Assembly: GCA_002787235.1 (NCBI GenBank)
Contig: PCWG01000033.1
Coordinates: 62,438-126,437, forward strand
Origin: Nitrospinae bacterium CG11_big_fil_rev_8_21_14_0_20_45_15
Lineage (GTDB): Bacteria; Nitrospinota; Nitrospinia; Nitrospinales; VA-1
Length of the DNA stretch: 64,000 nt
Reading direction: 5' to 3'
Below are positions 55,645 to 64,000 of this stretch, in pieces. The notes under the pieces are model-generated. The model was not told the origin of the DNA. It saw only the letters and a list, made by a program, of their open reading frames with translations, and searched no databases. Each line of letters opens with the position of its first letter. Within the stretch, counting starts at the first letter, position 1. A program made the position numbers and the translations under genes.

Positions 55645-55665
55645 GGGAGCCCCACAAGGGCTCCC
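55645..55665 (+). terminator. GC-rich hairpin, weak terminator candidate closing the flagellin region
   Basis: GGGAGCCC-CACAA-GGGCTCCC. The downstream T tract is interrupted (atgctttacaaactctttcttt). Confidence 0.35.
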
Positions 55666-55713
55666 ATGCTTTACAAACTCTTTCTTTAAATTTCATACCC
55701 AAGCATCTCGCCC

Positions 55714-56790
55714 ATGGCAACTTTGAAAGTTGGAATCATAGGATGTGGACGAATCGCCAGTATTTTAGAAGACGATCCGCTTCGAGGAAAACCCTGCACA
55801 CATGCAGGCGGGTTTTCCGCTCTACGAAACGCAAAAATTGTGGCCGCCTGTGATATTGATGCTGAAAGATTGAAAAAATTTGGCAAGCGATGGGGTGTGT
55901 CAGCACTCTATGAAAATTATGAAGAATTGCTTGCCAGCGAATCTATCGATGTTGTCTGTGTCTCTGCGTGGACACGTCTTCATGCTCCCATTACCATTGC
56001 CTCAGCCAGAGCAGGTGTTAAGGGAATTCTTTGTGAAAAACCGATTGCTTTAAATTTAAAAGAAGCGAGAGGTATGATAAAAGAATGCGAAAAAAATAAT
56101 GTCATCCTGACGATCAATCATGAGAGGCGTTGGGACCCCTTCTATCAACAAGCAAAAAAACTGATTCAGTCTGGAACAATTGGCGAACTTAAAACCATCA
56201 TAGGCTCGGCTCTAAGTTGGAAACCGCCAAAGGCATCGTTGAGTCTTTATGGCGGTGGCCCGATGTTTCACGATGGCACTCACCTTACGGATTTGTTGAC
56301 TTTCTTTTGTGGAAAGGTGGCTTGGGTTTCGGCCTGTGAAAAACGATCCCACGGTAAAAAATATATAGAAGAAACAGCGAGTGCCATGCTAGGTTTCAAA
56401 AACGGCGTGATCGGTTTTATTCAAGGGGGCGGGGAAAGAAACTATTTTAGTTTCGAATTGGATATTCAAGGCAGTGAAGGTCGGATTTTAATCGGTAATG
56501 GAGGGAGAGAACTTTTTGTTTCTCGTAAAAGCGGAAAATTCACAGGTTTCAGAGAGCTGACAAAAGTCCCTTTTCCTGAACCAAAAAAACAAGAGAGTCC
56601 GTTTATTGGTGGCGCGAAGGATGTGGTACAATGCATTCAGAAGGGGAAAGATAGCCTTTCCTCAGGTCGCGACGGTCTCGAAGCTTTGAAAATCATCGAC
56701 GCAATCTATCGATCCGCACAACAAGGCGGTAAAAGATTGACGATTCTTCCTGAGCGCAATCCGAACGCGAGACTTGACAACGCAAAATAA
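55714..56790 (+). CDS. Gfo/Idh/MocA-family NAD(P)-dependent oxidoreductase
   Basis: N-terminal Rossmann KVGIIGCGRIA, EKP motif (CEKPIAL), C-terminal alpha/beta domain. Confidence 0.88.
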   Translation: MATLKVGIIGCGRIASILEDDPLRGKPCTHAGGFSALRNAKIVAACDIDAERLKKFGKRWGVSALYENYEELLASESIDVVCVSAWTRLHAPITIASARAGVKGILCEKPIALNLKEARGMIKECEKNNVILTINHERRWDPFYQQAKKLIQSGTIGELKTIIGSALSWKPPKASLSLYGGGPMFHDGTHLTDLLTFFCGKVAWVSACEKRSHGKKYIEETASAMLGFKNGVIGFIQGGGERNYFSFELDIQGSEGRILIGNGGRELFVSRKSGKFTGFRELTKVPFPEPKKQESPFIGGAKDVVQCIQKGKDSLSSGRDGLEALKIIDAIYRSAQQGGKRLTILPERNPNARLDNAK

Positions 56791-56819
56791 GAATCCACGA
56801 GTGTCTCGTTTTCTATCAG

Positions 56820-57464
56820 ATGTCGACTCAGAAATTTCCCCTCATAGCAGTTCTCATTGTTTTAATCCTCACAAGTCTTTTTGCGAAAGTTTTTCTGACT
56901 TCGCGATATGAAATTGAAAAAGCCGATCTGCTGTTCGAGCAAAGTCAATGGGATGAATCATTGATTCGTTACGACCACGCTTTACGCTGGCGTCTTCCAT
57001 TTATTGATAGTCAGGAATATCCTGCGAAAAAGATGTGGGCCATTGCGGAAACTTTTGAGCGTGCGGGAGCATGGCAAAAAGCAATCGATGCCTATCGTTT
57101 GTTGCGCTCAGGATTTTACTCTACCCGTGGTTTGGGAATACCCGGTCCGGATTGGATAGATCAGTGCAATGAAAAGATAGCGATATTGATGATAAAGGGT
57201 CCGGGTGCCTTTCCAAGAGACAGCGAGATGTTTGCTGAGAAAAAGCAAATCGCGTTGGAACAGTTGACACGACCCAAACCACCTTATCTGGCCGGAACTC
57301 TGGCGGCTGAGCTGGGTTTCCTGGGATGGACTTCCTGCGTTTTAATTTTTATTTTTAAAGCAATTTCTCCCGAAGGAAAAATCGTAACGAAAAAAAAATA
57401 CATTTATGTTATCGCGTTTTCATTGAGCTATATTTCCTGGCTGTGGGGATTGACGGCGGCATAA
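56820..57464 (+). CDS. Hypothetical membrane protein (N- and C-terminal TM segments, TPR-like middle)
   Basis: 214-aa ORF. TM at residues ~7-27 and near the C-terminus. Confidence 0.55.
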   Translation: MSTQKFPLIAVLIVLILTSLFAKVFLTSRYEIEKADLLFEQSQWDESLIRYDHALRWRLPFIDSQEYPAKKMWAIAETFERAGAWQKAIDAYRLLRSGFYSTRGLGIPGPDWIDQCNEKIAILMIKGPGAFPRDSEMFAEKKQIALEQLTRPKPPYLAGTLAAELGFLGWTSCVLIFIFKAISPEGKIVTKKKYIYVIAFSLSYISWLWGLTAA

Positions 57465-57698
57465 AACTTTCCTTTTAAGAATTCTGTAACAGTTTTCTTC
57501 CTGATATTTCTATTCATCCATGCGCTTATCGTGGCGCGATTCTTCCGATACAGGGTCCTGAAAAATTAATAAAAATTAATTGAAAAAAATATTTTTCCTG
57601 TTGTATCTTTAGTTCAAGCTACTTGATAAACTGCTCTGCAGTACCATTTTCTTCGCATTACATTTGTATCTTCTACAGCATTCAACCTCTTGGAACAA

Positions 57699-58634
57699 AT
57701 GATAGAGATAGAGAATCTCAGTAAGGATTATGGTCCCCGGCGGGCGATTGATAATCTTTCCTTCCAGATAAATAAAGGTGAAGTCGTCGGATTTCTGGGC
57801 CCCAACGGCGCAGGCAAGTCCACGACCATGAACATCCTTGCCTGCATCATGCCACCCAGTTCAGGGACTGTCAGAATAGGTGGGCATGATGTTTTAGAGC
57901 AATCACTTGAAGCACGTAAAATCATTGGCTATTTGCCAGAGAACCCACCGTTGTATCCGGACATGGTTGTTGGCGAATATTTAAAGTTCACAGCTCTCCT
58001 GCGCCAAGTTCCCAGGCGCGAGGTTCGTGCCTCCGTCGAACATGTTTTGGAGGCGTGTTCTTTAAAGGATGTATCGGGGCGTATCATAGGTCGATTGTCA
58101 AAAGGCTATCAACAGCGCGTCGGTCTGGCACAGGCTATGATTCACAATCCCGACATTCTTATTCTGGACGAGCCCACTGTCGGACTCGACCCGATTCAAA
58201 TCATTGAAATTCGGAAATTGATTCAGACACTCGCCGAGTCTCATACCATCATTTTGAGTTCACACATCCTGCCTGAAATCACACAGATTTGCCGACGAGT
58301 CATCATCTTGAACGAAGGAAAAATCGCCGCAGTTGATTCTCTGGAAGGGCTCACGACCACATTGCGTAAGGGTGAACGCCTGTTTTTGAAAGTGCGAAAT
58401 GTGGAAGACGATATCGTAGATCAATTGCAAAATATACCCGGCATCCTCTCCGCTCAGGAAGAAGGGCCGGGAGAATACAGGGTAGATGCTGAATTGGATG
58501 CCAATCCGCAAGATGCCCTGGCAGAACTTTGCCTGAAGAGATCCTGGGGAATCGTTGAATTGAAGCGGACAGCACTATCGCTTGAAGATATTTTTCTCAA
58601 ACTCACTTTGGAAGAAAAGGAACCGGGAGAATGA
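57699..58634 (+). CDS. ABC transporter ATP-binding protein (GldA-like)
   Basis: Walker A GPNGAGKST, signature LSKGYQQRV, Walker B ILILDEP. ATG at 57699 (the listed start 57690 is TTG). Confidence 0.92.
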   Translation: MIEIENLSKDYGPRRAIDNLSFQINKGEVVGFLGPNGAGKSTTMNILACIMPPSSGTVRIGGHDVLEQSLEARKIIGYLPENPPLYPDMVVGEYLKFTALLRQVPRREVRASVEHVLEACSLKDVSGRIIGRLSKGYQQRVGLAQAMIHNPDILILDEPTVGLDPIQIIEIRKLIQTLAESHTIILSSHILPEITQICRRVIILNEGKIAAVDSLEGLTTTLRKGERLFLKVRNVEDDIVDQLQNIPGILSAQEEGPGEYRVDAELDANPQDALAELCLKRSWGIVELKRTALSLEDIFLKLTLEEKEPGE

Positions 58635-59398
58635 GAACAACATGGATCATTGCCAAAAGGGACATGGGTTCTTTTTTTGCGTCCCCTGTTTTTTATGTTA
58701 TCGCGACTGTATTTCTGTTCTTGCATAGTTTTACATTTTTGAATCTGCTGGATTCATTCAGCGGGCAAAGTTTTCAAGCCGAACGTTTTTTGGGGCAGGG
58801 GATGAGTTTGAGTCTCAATGAAATGGTTGTGGAGCCCATACTATTCAATATGGCGGTCACACTTTTGCTCATGATCCCCGTCATCACCATGCGTAGTTTC
58901 TCCGAGGAGAAAAAAAACAAGACACTGCCTCTTCTGCTGTCATCTCCCGTTCATTTGAAAGAAATCCTGTTGGGAAAATTTCTCGCTTGTACCGGGGTCG
59001 TGGCGATGATGATGTTGTTGTCATCCTATTCAGCAGGATTTTTAATCTTATTGGGCGAGCCTGAAATAAATCCTCTGCTGACAGGTTTGTTGGGAGTTTT
59101 TTTGATGTCGGCTTGTTTTGTCTCCCTTGGTTTGCTCGCGTCATCGCTGACGGAAAATCAAATCATCGCCGCCGTTCTCAGTTTTGGTTTGGCACTGTTT
59201 TTGTGGATCCTTGGGTGGGGTGTGGAGAATACCAGCAGTGGTTGGGGCGAAGTGGTGGCTTATATTTCAATTTTATCTCACCTTGTTCCTATGGTCCGTG
59301 GAGTTTTTGATACCAGCGATCTGATGTACTTTGCAACATTCATCTTCTTTGTTTTATTTTTGACTTATCGAGTTTTAGAATCGCAAAGGTGGCGGTAA
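58631..59398 (+). CDS. ABC-2 type permease (GldF-like)
   Basis: Six TM segments. ATGA overlap with the ATPase gene. Confidence 0.85.
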   Translation: MRTTWIIAKRDMGSFFASPVFYVIATVFLFLHSFTFLNLLDSFSGQSFQAERFLGQGMSLSLNEMVVEPILFNMAVTLLLMIPVITMRSFSEEKKNKTLPLLLSSPVHLKEILLGKFLACTGVVAMMMLLSSYSAGFLILLGEPEINPLLTGLLGVFLMSACFVSLGLLASSLTENQIIAAVLSFGLALFLWILGWGVENTSSGWGEVVAYISILSHLVPMVRGVFDTSDLMYFATFIFFVLFLTYRVLESQRWR

Positions 59399-59402
59399 AC
59401 GA

Positions 59403-60950
59403 ATGAAATTTTCTTCCTTGATCTTTTGTGGCGTCGCAATTTTAATGGGCGTGATTTCTGGATTTGTTTATTTTGTCGCGCCAGAAAAAAATATATGGGT
59501 CTATGGTGCCGGTGGATTTTCTTTAATTTCTGCAATTTATTTTATTTTTGCTGAGAGAAGGGTGATCCTTACTGCTATCAAATCACGAACGGGAATTCAT
59601 GGTGCGAATGCAGTAGTACTTTCTGCAATTGTTCTCGCGATTCTTGTATTTCTAAATCTGTTTGTTTACAGGCACAAATACCGATTTGATGTGACCGAAG
59701 GCGGAGTCTACACACTGGCTCCTCAAACAAAAAGGGTTGTCTCCACTCTGCCCAGAGAAGTCAGGGTGACTGCATTTTTTCAAGCCGACTCGCCCCAGGA
59801 AATTCCCTTTAGAATTCTAGCCGAGGGCTATGCGGAGTTGTCAGATAAAATTAAAATCAATTATGTAGACCCCGATAAAAATCCGGCGATCACAAAACAA
59901 TACGGCATCACAACGTATGGAAGTGTGGCTCTGGAAAGTGGCAAGCAAGAAACAAAAGTTACAAATCCTACAGAAGAAAATCTCACCAATGCCATCATCA
60001 AAGTGATTCGCGACGAACAAAAGACATTCTACTTTTTAACCGGTCACGGCGAAAAAGGAATCAACGATACAGAGGTGCAGGGTTACTCGGCAATGAGTGA
60101 GAAACTCAAAAAAGAGGGATATATTTTAAAAGAACTATTGCTTCTTCAAACCGGTCAAATACCGGAAGATGCGGATTTGTTGATCGTGGCGGGGCCGGTA
60201 AAACCAATTCTCCCCGAGGAAAGAAAACTCATAGAATCTTATCTCAATACAGGAGGGGCCGGTTTTTTTCTGCTCGATCCTCAAGTTGAAACTGGTTTGG
60301 AAGACTTTCTGCAGAGCTGGGGTGTGGCGTTGGAAAATGATGTGGTGCTTGATCCTTACTCAAAGCTATATGGAGGAGACGCGGCAGCCCCGGTTGTCAA
60401 TCAGTACGTATCTCATGAGATCACTCGCGATTTTGGGCTGGCAACCATTTTCCCGGTATTGCGTTCGGTTTCTTCTGTACCTGCGGAAGGATTTTTGTCG
60501 GAAGAAATTCTACTGACGGGTGATAACAGTTGGGCTGAATTCAACATTGACGCACGTCCTGTCCAATTCGATCCCGAACAGGATAAGAAAGGCCCCATAC
60601 CCGTGGCGGTGGTTTCATCGAAGTCGCATTCTCATGATGAAGAATCTCCTGATTCTGCGAATAACGATAAACACGCCAAACATGGGAAAATTGTGGTTGT
60701 GGGCGATTCGGATTTTGCAGGAAATAATTATTTGAATTTTTCAGGCAACGGGGATTTCTTTCTGAACACCGCTTCCTACCTGGCTGAAGAAGAGAATTTG
60801 ATTTCGATTCGTCCACGAGCCAGAAAAAATAGTCCTTTGCAATTGACCAGTGCGCAGGGCGGGGTCCTTTTCATCCTGTGCGTAATATTTTTCCCAGCGT
60901 GTGTCGCTTTGGCAGGGGTGGGTTCCTGGTGGAGGCGACGTCGTTTGTAA
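59403..60950 (+). CDS. GldG-like ABC-transporter auxiliary component
   Basis: N- and C-terminal TM anchors flank a large periplasmic domain (FYFLTGHGE, VVGDSDF). Position after the GldA/F-like pair. Confidence 0.8.
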   Translation: MKFSSLIFCGVAILMGVISGFVYFVAPEKNIWVYGAGGFSLISAIYFIFAERRVILTAIKSRTGIHGANAVVLSAIVLAILVFLNLFVYRHKYRFDVTEGGVYTLAPQTKRVVSTLPREVRVTAFFQADSPQEIPFRILAEGYAELSDKIKINYVDPDKNPAITKQYGITTYGSVALESGKQETKVTNPTEENLTNAIIKVIRDEQKTFYFLTGHGEKGINDTEVQGYSAMSEKLKKEGYILKELLLLQTGQIPEDADLLIVAGPVKPILPEERKLIESYLNTGGAGFFLLDPQVETGLEDFLQSWGVALENDVVLDPYSKLYGGDAAAPVVNQYVSHEITRDFGLATIFPVLRSVSSVPAEGFLSEEILLTGDNSWAEFNIDARPVQFDPEQDKKGPIPVAVVSSKSHSHDEESPDSANNDKHAKHGKIVVVGDSDFAGNNYLNFSGNGDFFLNTASYLAEEENLISIRPRARKNSPLQLTSAQGGVLFILCVIFFPACVALAGVGSWWRRRRL

Positions 60951-60955
60951 TCAAA

Positions 60956-62704
60956 ATGAAATTTAAGGAAACCTTTTATTTAGCCTGCCTTCTTGTTGGT
61001 ATTGCCGCCTATTATTTTGGAATAGAAAAACCCGCCGAAAAAGAAAAAATTCTCCAACAGGAACTGAGTTCCAATGTGCTGTCTTTTAAAAAAGATGATG
61101 TCCAAAAGATAGAATTGAAGGGAAATGACAGTTCCATTTTGCTTGCTAAAGCAAAATCGGAAAACTGGAATTTGCTGGAACCCGTTCAAGCCAAGGGTGA
61201 TCTGGATGCGATAAACCTTCTTCTTGCAAGGATGGAATCATTACAATTTACTCGGATTGTTGACGAGGCTCCTAAAGATCCCGAATTGTTTGGTTTGAAA
61301 AATCCTTTTTTAAAGACGACTTTATTTCTTTCTGATAATAATAAAAAAATAATTAATTTTGGTGACAATCCTCCAATAGGATCAGGTGTCTATCTTTCTA
61401 CCAGTGATAGTGATCGTGTTCTATTGTCAAATGATTCCAGAGATGATTTTATAAAATCTGTTTATGAATTGCGCGATAAAACGGTCCTTTCTTTTAATGA
61501 TAAAAAATTAAAAAAAATTAAAATAGAAGGCGAAGTAAAAACCATTCAGTTGGAAAAAGAGGGAGAAGGCTGGGAACTCATTCAGAAGGAGAAACACAAG
61601 GCCGATCTTTCTGCCGTTCAGCATCTGATTAATAATCTGAGGTTTCAAAAGATCAAACAATTTGTAGATGACCCCAATGAATTTACTGCTTCTGCAGGAT
61701 GGCTTTCTCCTTACCTGACGGTAACGCTTGAGCAGGAAGATGTTGCCAATTCTCTGCTTTTAATTGTTGGCAATGAAAGCGCAGACCAAGGGCGGTATGC
61801 TAGGACAAATCTTTCGGATCAAATTTTTATTTTGAGTTCTGCGGACATCGCCGATCTGGCTTTGGATTCTGTCAACTTGCTTGATAAAACGCTGGTCACT
61901 GTTCCCAGTTCGGAGATTTCGCAAATTGAATTTCAGGATTCGGAGTCCACAATTCGCCTGCAACGCAGTTCAAATGAACAGAGCAGCTGGCAAATCATTT
62001 CGCCGATTGAATCCAGAGCGGATGTTTTAACGATGAACAGTTTGCTTGCGGATTTACGCGAGGCAAGAATTTCAAATTTTGCTCAAACAACAATAGAGGA
62101 CCCAAAACTCTTTGGATTTGATCCGCCACAGCGGATTTTAAAAATCCGTTCCGGTCAAAAAGAATGGACACTGGAATTGGGGAATCAAAGTTTGGACAAG
62201 GAAATGTATTTTGCGCGTCGATCGGGGGAGTCGGCAGTGTTTAATATTTCGACGAGACTGGTGGAGAAGTTGTTTCGTTCTTTGCATGATTTGAGAGATC
62301 GAAAGTTGTTGAATTTTGAGACGGATGCCGTTCACCGGATTCGATGGGAATTCCCTCATCAGACACTGGAACTTGTTCAAACGGGTAAATTCTGGACACT
62401 CGAAAAGCCTGAGAGAATTGAAAAAATAAGGTCTTTTTTGGGGAATGAAGTCCTATGGACCTTGAAAACCATCGAGTATGACCAAAAGGTTGACAGCCCA
62501 GCCGCAAGTTCCTGGGTCGACACTCCGGCAGTGAAGCTGGAGATTTGGGATGAGAAGGCGACACTCATCGCTACTCTAAAAATGGGTGGACCCGAGGATG
62601 AGCAAGGGCGAGTCCTCGCTCAGGTCAATAACGACCCTCAAATATACCGTGTTTCAAAACGATTTCTGCAAGAACTTCCAAGCAGTCCCTCAAAGTTCAA
62701 GTAG
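60956..62704 (+). CDS. DUF4340-like periplasmic repeat protein
   Basis: N-terminal TM plus repeated beta-rich modules. This is the usual neighbour of GldG-like genes. ATG at 60956 lies 5 nt after the upstream stop (the listed start 60878 overlaps it). Confidence 0.7.
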   Translation: MKFKETFYLACLLVGIAAYYFGIEKPAEKEKILQQELSSNVLSFKKDDVQKIELKGNDSSILLAKAKSENWNLLEPVQAKGDLDAINLLLARMESLQFTRIVDEAPKDPELFGLKNPFLKTTLFLSDNNKKIINFGDNPPIGSGVYLSTSDSDRVLLSNDSRDDFIKSVYELRDKTVLSFNDKKLKKIKIEGEVKTIQLEKEGEGWELIQKEKHKADLSAVQHLINNLRFQKIKQFVDDPNEFTASAGWLSPYLTVTLEQEDVANSLLLIVGNESADQGRYARTNLSDQIFILSSADIADLALDSVNLLDKTLVTVPSSEISQIEFQDSESTIRLQRSSNEQSSWQIISPIESRADVLTMNSLLADLREARISNFAQTTIEDPKLFGFDPPQRILKIRSGQKEWTLELGNQSLDKEMYFARRSGESAVFNISTRLVEKLFRSLHDLRDRKLLNFETDAVHRIRWEFPHQTLELVQTGKFWTLEKPERIEKIRSFLGNEVLWTLKTIEYDQKVDSPAASSWVDTPAVKLEIWDEKATLIATLKMGGPEDEQGRVLAQVNNDPQIYRVSKRFLQELPSSPSKFK

Positions 62705-62930
62705 GTTAATTTCTGAATCCGAGTAGGGATATCTCCTGCTTTGGTAGATGATTTCTTGTTGGCCGCTGGCACTCTCCTATTCATACATGATATTGGAAGC
62801 ATAAATTATGCAATCCACAGTATCTTGTGCATTCGCTTTACTTTCGCTTATAATTTGGATTGAGCTTATTGGGTAAGATGTTGTTTTATTGCGAGATATT
62901 TTTAAAGCAGTATATTATGGTTTTTATGTC

Positions 62931-62959
62931 TTGACAGACACTATATGTAGTGGTAATTT
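62931..62959 (+). promoter_or_regulatory. Sigma-70-like promoter candidate inside the ORF-free region
   Basis: TTGACA (62931-36), 17 nt, TAATTT (62954-59). A second candidate is TTGTGC-N18-TATAAT, with its -10 at 62849-62854. Confidence 0.4.
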
Positions 62960-63419
62960 TTTTCACAGCATACAAGATAAAGGTTGTGTAGGATTTCAAT
63001 TTTCCAAATAAATTAGGAGGCGTTAGGGAATTTATTTCCTTAGTACAAATACATTTTGTGCGAACTCTCCAACTGGCGGGTTACTATAAAGAGGGTTTTC
63101 GTGGTAGGTAAGAAGGTGTGTCCCGGCGAGTAATTGTTATTATTTGACTGGATGCATTAGACTTAAAGTTCCCCTACTCAATCCCCACATGCACTGAGCG
63201 CCGGCCGAAACCCCGGAATGATCGGCTGAAGAATTCCTTCCAAGCGGCGTCCCGCGAAAACTCTTACACTGCTGAACGTATGTTCCTGCAGGGTAGTAGC
63301 CCGCTTCCTCTTTATTAAGACAAGCTCATTGTATGTACAGCTAACTCTTCCTTGCCTATAAGAACGGCATCATATATTCTGTGACTGACGGCTAACCTCA
63401 TTTTTTACTGGAAAGTATT

Positions 63420-63851
63420 TTGGAAAAAACGCAAAGTAAAAAGTGTCTTGTGGAAGGTTCGTTTATTCCCGGATACGCTCATTCTGGTGATGCCGGGGCA
63501 GATTTGTGTTCGGCGGTATCCGTGACAATTCCTGCGCGTGGCAAAGCCCTCGTTTCTACTGGCATTCGTATCGCTCTTCCTTCAGGGACTGTGGGGTTGA
63601 TCTGGCCGCGAAGTGGCCTGGCTGTGAGGGATGGCATTGACACGGGAGCCGGTGTTATCGATTCGGGTTATCGTGGCGAAGTGAAGGTTTTGTTGTTCAA
63701 TCATTCTGATACCGATTTTGAAATCGGGCAGGGTGATCGTATTGCTCAACTTTTAGCAGTCAAGTGCGAACAGCTTCAGTTTGAAAGTGTTGCAACTCTT
63801 GAAGCGACCGAGCGCGGTGATGGCGGATTCGGCTCCACAGGCAAGCGTTGA
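63420..63851 (+). CDS. dut: dUTP diphosphatase (dUTPase)
   Basis: AGADL, GLIWPRSGLA, GVIDSGYRGE, RIAQL, RGDGGFGSTG (motifs 1-5). TTG start as listed. Confidence 0.93.
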   Translation: MEKTQSKKCLVEGSFIPGYAHSGDAGADLCSAVSVTIPARGKALVSTGIRIALPSGTVGLIWPRSGLAVRDGIDTGAGVIDSGYRGEVKVLLFNHSDTDFEIGQGDRIAQLLAVKCEQLQFESVATLEATERGDGGFGSTGKR

Positions 63852-63896
63852 ATTAAGCTCGATTTAAGCAAAACTTTTCCCATTCAGGAGATCATT

Positions 63897-64000
63897 ATGG
63901 GTTTATTTGGAGATATGATTAGTAAATTGAAAGGTAGCGGTCCGTCCGAACCAAAGTCGGGAGTAACGGCGACGCCTTCTGATGAAGTCATCGGCAAGGG
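63897..64000 (+). CDS. Hypothetical protein, 3' end beyond window (MGLFGDMISKLKGSGPSEPKSGVTATPSDEVIGK...)
   Basis: ATG preceded by CAGGAGATCATT. The frame stays open to the window end. Confidence 0.5.
   Translation, partial: MGLFGDMISKLKGSGPSEPKSGVTATPSDEVIGK

Noticed and set aside
62705-63419. tmRNA, RNase P RNA, SRP RNA or a cobalamin/TPP riboswitch in the ORF-free region
   Set aside because: The diagnostic strings are absent on both strands. These are GGGG..UUCGAC with a 3' UCCACCA, GAGGAAAGUCC with ACAGAA, GGUCCGGAAGGAAGCAGCC, and CUGAGA with ACCUGAUCUGGAUAAUGCC. I kept the region only as an unclassified ncRNA candidate.
1-64000. Mobile elements, prophage, tRNA or rRNA genes
   Set aside because: I recognised no transposase, integrase or phage-like ORFs, no terminal inverted repeats, no tRNA-like T-arm/acceptor patterns in the intergenic regions, and no rRNA-like sequence.

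Overview
64-kb chromosomal window from a Gram-negative, flagellated bacterium. GC is mid-40s % by eye. Gene content resembles marine Nitrospinota or Deltaproteobacteria-like lineages, but the taxon cannot be assigned from sequence alone.

Layout:
(1) 1-12.5 kb is an accessory-looking island. Its core is a tandem array of seven genes (eight domains) of the DUF1566/Lcl-C-terminal family, and an eighth, secreted paralog lies nearby. Two NHL-repeat propeller proteins, an RNI-type LRR protein, an acidic TPR-like protein, a monothiol glutaredoxin-like protein and a parvulin PPIase surround it.
(2) 12.6-15.3 kb holds a HAD hydrolase, a DUF547 protein and a fatty-acid hydroxylase-family protein.
(3) 15.3-33.4 kb, minus strand, is a complete 16-gene dcw cluster (mraZ to ftsZ). 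A sigma-70-like promoter and phased AAAGTG-type repeats lie upstream of mraZ.
(4) 33.9-40.6 kb is a System I cytochrome c maturation cluster in the order ccmE-F-H-like-(small)-A-B-D-C-tlpA. Its CcmE carries CxxxY in place of HxxxY.
(5) 40.6-49.6 kb holds a SnoaL-like protein, an MBOAT plus overlapping partner, rfbC, hisA, hisF, an LD-carboxypeptidase and an SpsF-like cytidylyltransferase.
(6) 49.6-55.5 kb holds five tandem short flagellin paralogs. They have sigma-28-like promoters, long leaders, GGA-loop hairpins and a 104-nt tandem repeat.
(7) 55.7-62.7 kb holds a Gfo/Idh/MocA oxidoreductase and a GldA/F/G-like ABC system plus DUF4340.
(8) 62.7-63.4 kb is a 715-bp ORF-free, structured region, followed by dut.

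I recognised no rRNA, tRNA, CRISPR array, transposase or integrase. Many listed ORFs are antisense shadows of real genes. Several real genes most likely start downstream of the listed ORF start.
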